Both the position numbers and the translations under genes were made by a program. The notes beneath the pieces are model-generated. The model saw only the letters and a program-made list of their open reading frames with translations, was not told the DNA's origin and searched no databases. Source: Octopus vulgaris (Eukaryota). From it: DNA of 64,000 nt. Shown here in pieces: positions 63,401 to 64,000 of this stretch (position 1 is its first letter; the number at the start of each line of letters is the position of its first letter). Location of the stretch: positions 4,340,001 through 4,404,000 of the forward strand of contig OX597832.1 in assembly GCA_951406725.2 (NCBI GenBank), in the 5' to 3' direction.

Positions 63401-63820
63401 GTTAAATTTATATATTGTAGTTTACTATTGTTTATTATTATTATTATTATTGATACCAAATCTGTCACAAAAAGAGAAAAAATAGAAACTACATGTTTCC
63501 AGAATTACATTAGGGGACAGGAAGATCAATACGAAGATGGAATTTTACCATAATTGAATTAACCCAAATCAAAGTACTAAACCTGTGTGTTTGTGATAGC
63601 CTCTTGTCCAATCCTCTAACCCCATGTCAAAACTAACTGGAGCCATGTATCAATTTTTCAAAATATTTACATCTTGACAATTCTGTTTGTATTAATTATA
63701 ATAATTATGATTTTTTTCCCCCTCCACTTTTAATAGGGTTGTTATCGGAAAGTGGTTGATTTCATGAATGGCAATCTTGGATTGATTGGCGGAGTCATTC
63801 TAGGAATATCCTTTTTTCAG
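30875..63820 (+). CDS. Tetraspanin, TSPAN6/7-like, spliced; exons 30875-30967, 53236-53424, 54129-54203, 58619-58720, 61038-61190, 63737-63820; final exon (rest of TM4 and C-terminal tail) lies beyond the window
   Basis: The joined exons give one open frame: [31 protein letters not shown]|[15 protein letters not shown]...[33 protein letters not shown]|[25 protein letters not shown]|LEKGF...AIDGLQKT|LDCCG...VPKSCC...C...IFQQ|GCYRKV...ILGISFFQ. It carries the tetraspanin CCG, PxSCC and GC motifs, and every junction is GT-AG. From recall it resembles TSPAN7 (PVITCLKTLL, APYVLIG). Orthology is not proven, so no symbol is given. Confidence 0.93.
32090..32850 (+). repeat. Long polypyrimidine (CT-rich) low-complexity tract in intron 1
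   Basis: About 750 bp dominated by C/T on the + strand. Confidence 0.85.
34095..34792 (+). mobile_element. L1/Tx1-like LINE 3' fragment
   Basis: [16 protein letters not shown]...[10 protein letters not shown]...FKKRW resembles the post-CCHC C-terminus of Tx1/L1 ORF2. T-rich 3' UTR, AATAAA at 34783, then (TATC)n. Confidence 0.65.
35349..35505 (-). mobile_element. Short element carrying the RTE 3' tail
   Basis: Reverse complement of ttggc.ttaggaag.gcatcca.ctgtagaaac...gagcctggtgcagc...aacccatgc.agcatgga...gatgatga, as at 16310-16455. Another copy is at 63160-63297 (+). Confidence 0.7.
35711..36975 (+). mobile_element. Non-autonomous Helitron, 5'-truncated, same family as 24208-28304 and lacking the CR1 insert
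   Basis: 3' hairpin ACCTGC-GCATAGA-GCGGGT, then caccttaagCTAG|T at 36972-36975. The body matches 27770-28070 and 24208-25110 in reverse. Confidence 0.75.
40167..41338 (+). mobile_element. Composite non-autonomous Helitron (second family)
   Basis: 5' A|TCTCTTATTATAAAA at 40167; internal second 5'-like end A|TCTTTATATAAGAG...TGTGTGTCTGT at 40945; 3' hairpin CCCG-AGCAACGC-CGGG plus CTAG|T at 41335-41338. CpG-rich, so likely young. Confidence 0.75.
41557..45110. mobile_element. Cluster of SINEs in both orientations (approximately 41557-41883 +, 41966-42320 -, 42480-42695 -, 42860-43170 +, 43561-43777 +, 44729-44930 +, 44952-45110 +)
   Basis: tRNA-like heads (GGCACATGGCTCAGTGGTTAG; GGCTGTGTGGTAAG) and family A/B bodies seen elsewhere in the window. 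Confidence 0.7.
45903..45988 (+). repeat. 27-bp tandem repeat x3
   Basis: ttaataatcaagtgggaagcaatgaat repeated three times perfectly. Confidence 0.95.
47140..48237 (+). mobile_element. Tigger/pogo transposase relic
   Basis: Broken frames read [29 protein letters not shown]...[13 protein letters not shown] (DDE_1 motifs). Possible right TIR GAGGACTGACTG at ~48226-48237. Confidence 0.65.
51520..51695. mobile_element. TTAA-type MITE; related truncated copy at 61303-61498
   Basis: ttaa-CCCTT...aatgctaaagag-ctaa; the body is shared with ttaaccctttagcattt... at 61299. Confidence 0.55.
51878..52360 (+). mobile_element. CR1-clade LINE 3' fragment (second family)
   Basis: [24 protein letters not shown]...TRGHIYKV...RKHFFTLRV...NKLP is a typical CR1 ORF2 C-terminus; (TTA)n tail at 52347-52360. 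Confidence 0.85.
53236..53424 (+). CDS. Tetraspanin coding exon 2 (end of TM1, small extracellular loop, TM2)
   Basis: Acceptor tttacag, 189 nt [10 protein letters not shown]...[15 protein letters not shown], donor GTAAGT. Confidence 0.93.
53688..53925 (-). mobile_element. Internal fragment of the CR1 family found at 25230-27676
   Basis: [18 protein letters not shown]...RADKGAWAI matches the 777-aa ORF; homologous to 27165-27402. Confidence 0.85.
54129..54203 (+). CDS. Tetraspanin coding exon 3 (TM3)
   Basis: Acceptor ttttcag, 75 nt [25 protein letters not shown] with the conserved TM3 Glu, donor GTAAAT. Confidence 0.93.
54347..54602. mobile_element. hAT (Charlie-like) MITE
   Basis: Imperfect TIRs CAGTAATTCTCAACC / GTTTAAGAACTACTG; the 8-bp TSD is only partly conserved. 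Confidence 0.5.
55955..56356 (-). mobile_element. SINE family B, well conserved, with CR1-like tail
   Basis: The reverse complement reads cttgcttaccaaccacatagttccaggttcagtcccactg...gtgctccagcatggccacagtcaaatgactgaaacaag. Confidence 0.8.
57428..58206 (+). mobile_element. Probable Helitron (third family) with internal ~150-bp degenerate tandem units
   Basis: 5' A|TCTTTTATATATT; 3' hairpin CCCGG-GATTTA-CTGGG plus CTAG|T at 58203-58206. Units aatg.ac.aaaacc.ttt..ag..ta at ~57775, ~57918 and ~58080. Confidence 0.55.
58277..58569. mobile_element. Palindromic MITE, homolog of 11445-11710
   Basis: Arms acaattgc..catggaaggtgtttata (58324-58350) / tataaacaccttccatg..gcaattgt (58543-58569); inner arms acctgttcact / agtgaacaggt. 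Confidence 0.8.
58619..58720 (+). CDS. Tetraspanin coding exon 4 (large extracellular loop helices)
   Basis: Acceptor ttctcag, 102 nt [34 protein letters not shown], donor GTGAGT. Confidence 0.9.
60784..60818 (-). ncRNA. Minimal type I hammerhead ribozyme motif within a Penelope-type terminal repeat (~60700-60890)
   Basis: Minus strand: GTTT-CTGATGA-A-GAGC-TCC-GCTC-GAAA-CG-TA-AAAC. It has core boxes CUGAUGA and GAAA, stem I GTTT/AAAC, stem II GAGC/GCTC, a palindromic ACGT stem III and a GUA cleavage triplet. Confidence 0.65.
61038..61190 (+). CDS. Tetraspanin coding exon 5 (CCG/PxSCC variable loop)
   Basis: Acceptor tctttag, 153 nt [12 protein letters not shown]...[12 protein letters not shown]...IFQQ, donor GTATCT. 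Confidence 0.95.
61600..62703 (+). mobile_element. Relic of a CRE-like non-LTR retrotransposon with restriction-like endonuclease
   Basis: Broken frames read GGLGL; [14 protein letters not shown]; [57 protein letters not shown]; KYWDL...[13 protein letters not shown]. These are RLE motifs (RPD, WD.T, K..KY, P.A.E). Confidence 0.75.
63737..63820 (+). CDS. Tetraspanin coding exon 6 (GC motif, start of TM4)
   Basis: Acceptor ttaatag, 84 nt [28 protein letters not shown], donor GTAAAT. Confidence 0.93.
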
Positions 63821-64000
63821 GTAAATTTTTAAATAAATTTCTTCTAAAAATAATGAGGTAAATTCATAAAATTTTACTCTTATTTTTCAATAAAAAAAAA
63901 GAAGCTATGAAAATTTAGAAAATGAATTAATAGTGAAGATCTATACACAATACTTAGAAGTAATGAACTGTTAGTTTAAAATTAATAGTGACAAACAGCA

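Overview
AT-rich, repeat-dense animal genomic DNA. The SINE, RTE and CR1 repertoire and the (TA)n/(CA)n microsatellite load resemble an octopod cephalopod (inference, not a database result). The only host gene I can support is a + strand TSPAN6/7-like tetraspanin. It has six coding exons in the window (30875-63820), all with phase-0 GT-AG introns, a 22.3-kb first intron, and a last exon beyond the window. The rest is transposon material: a near-intact RTE LINE with a PHD-type zinc finger inside its RT, a young CR1 LINE, CR1/Tx1/CRE/Penelope relics, mariner/Tigger relics, MITEs, many SINEs and several Helitron/Helentron elements. The most unusual structure is a Helitron-bounded inverted duplication (22605-28070 versus 35711-38585) that includes 1.6 kb of tetraspanin intron 1 and brackets the gene's putative promoter and first coding exon. 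There is also a minimal hammerhead ribozyme motif and a ~400-bp micro-inversion. Most ORF-track entries are microsatellite or antisense artefacts. All alignments and identity estimates were done by eye.
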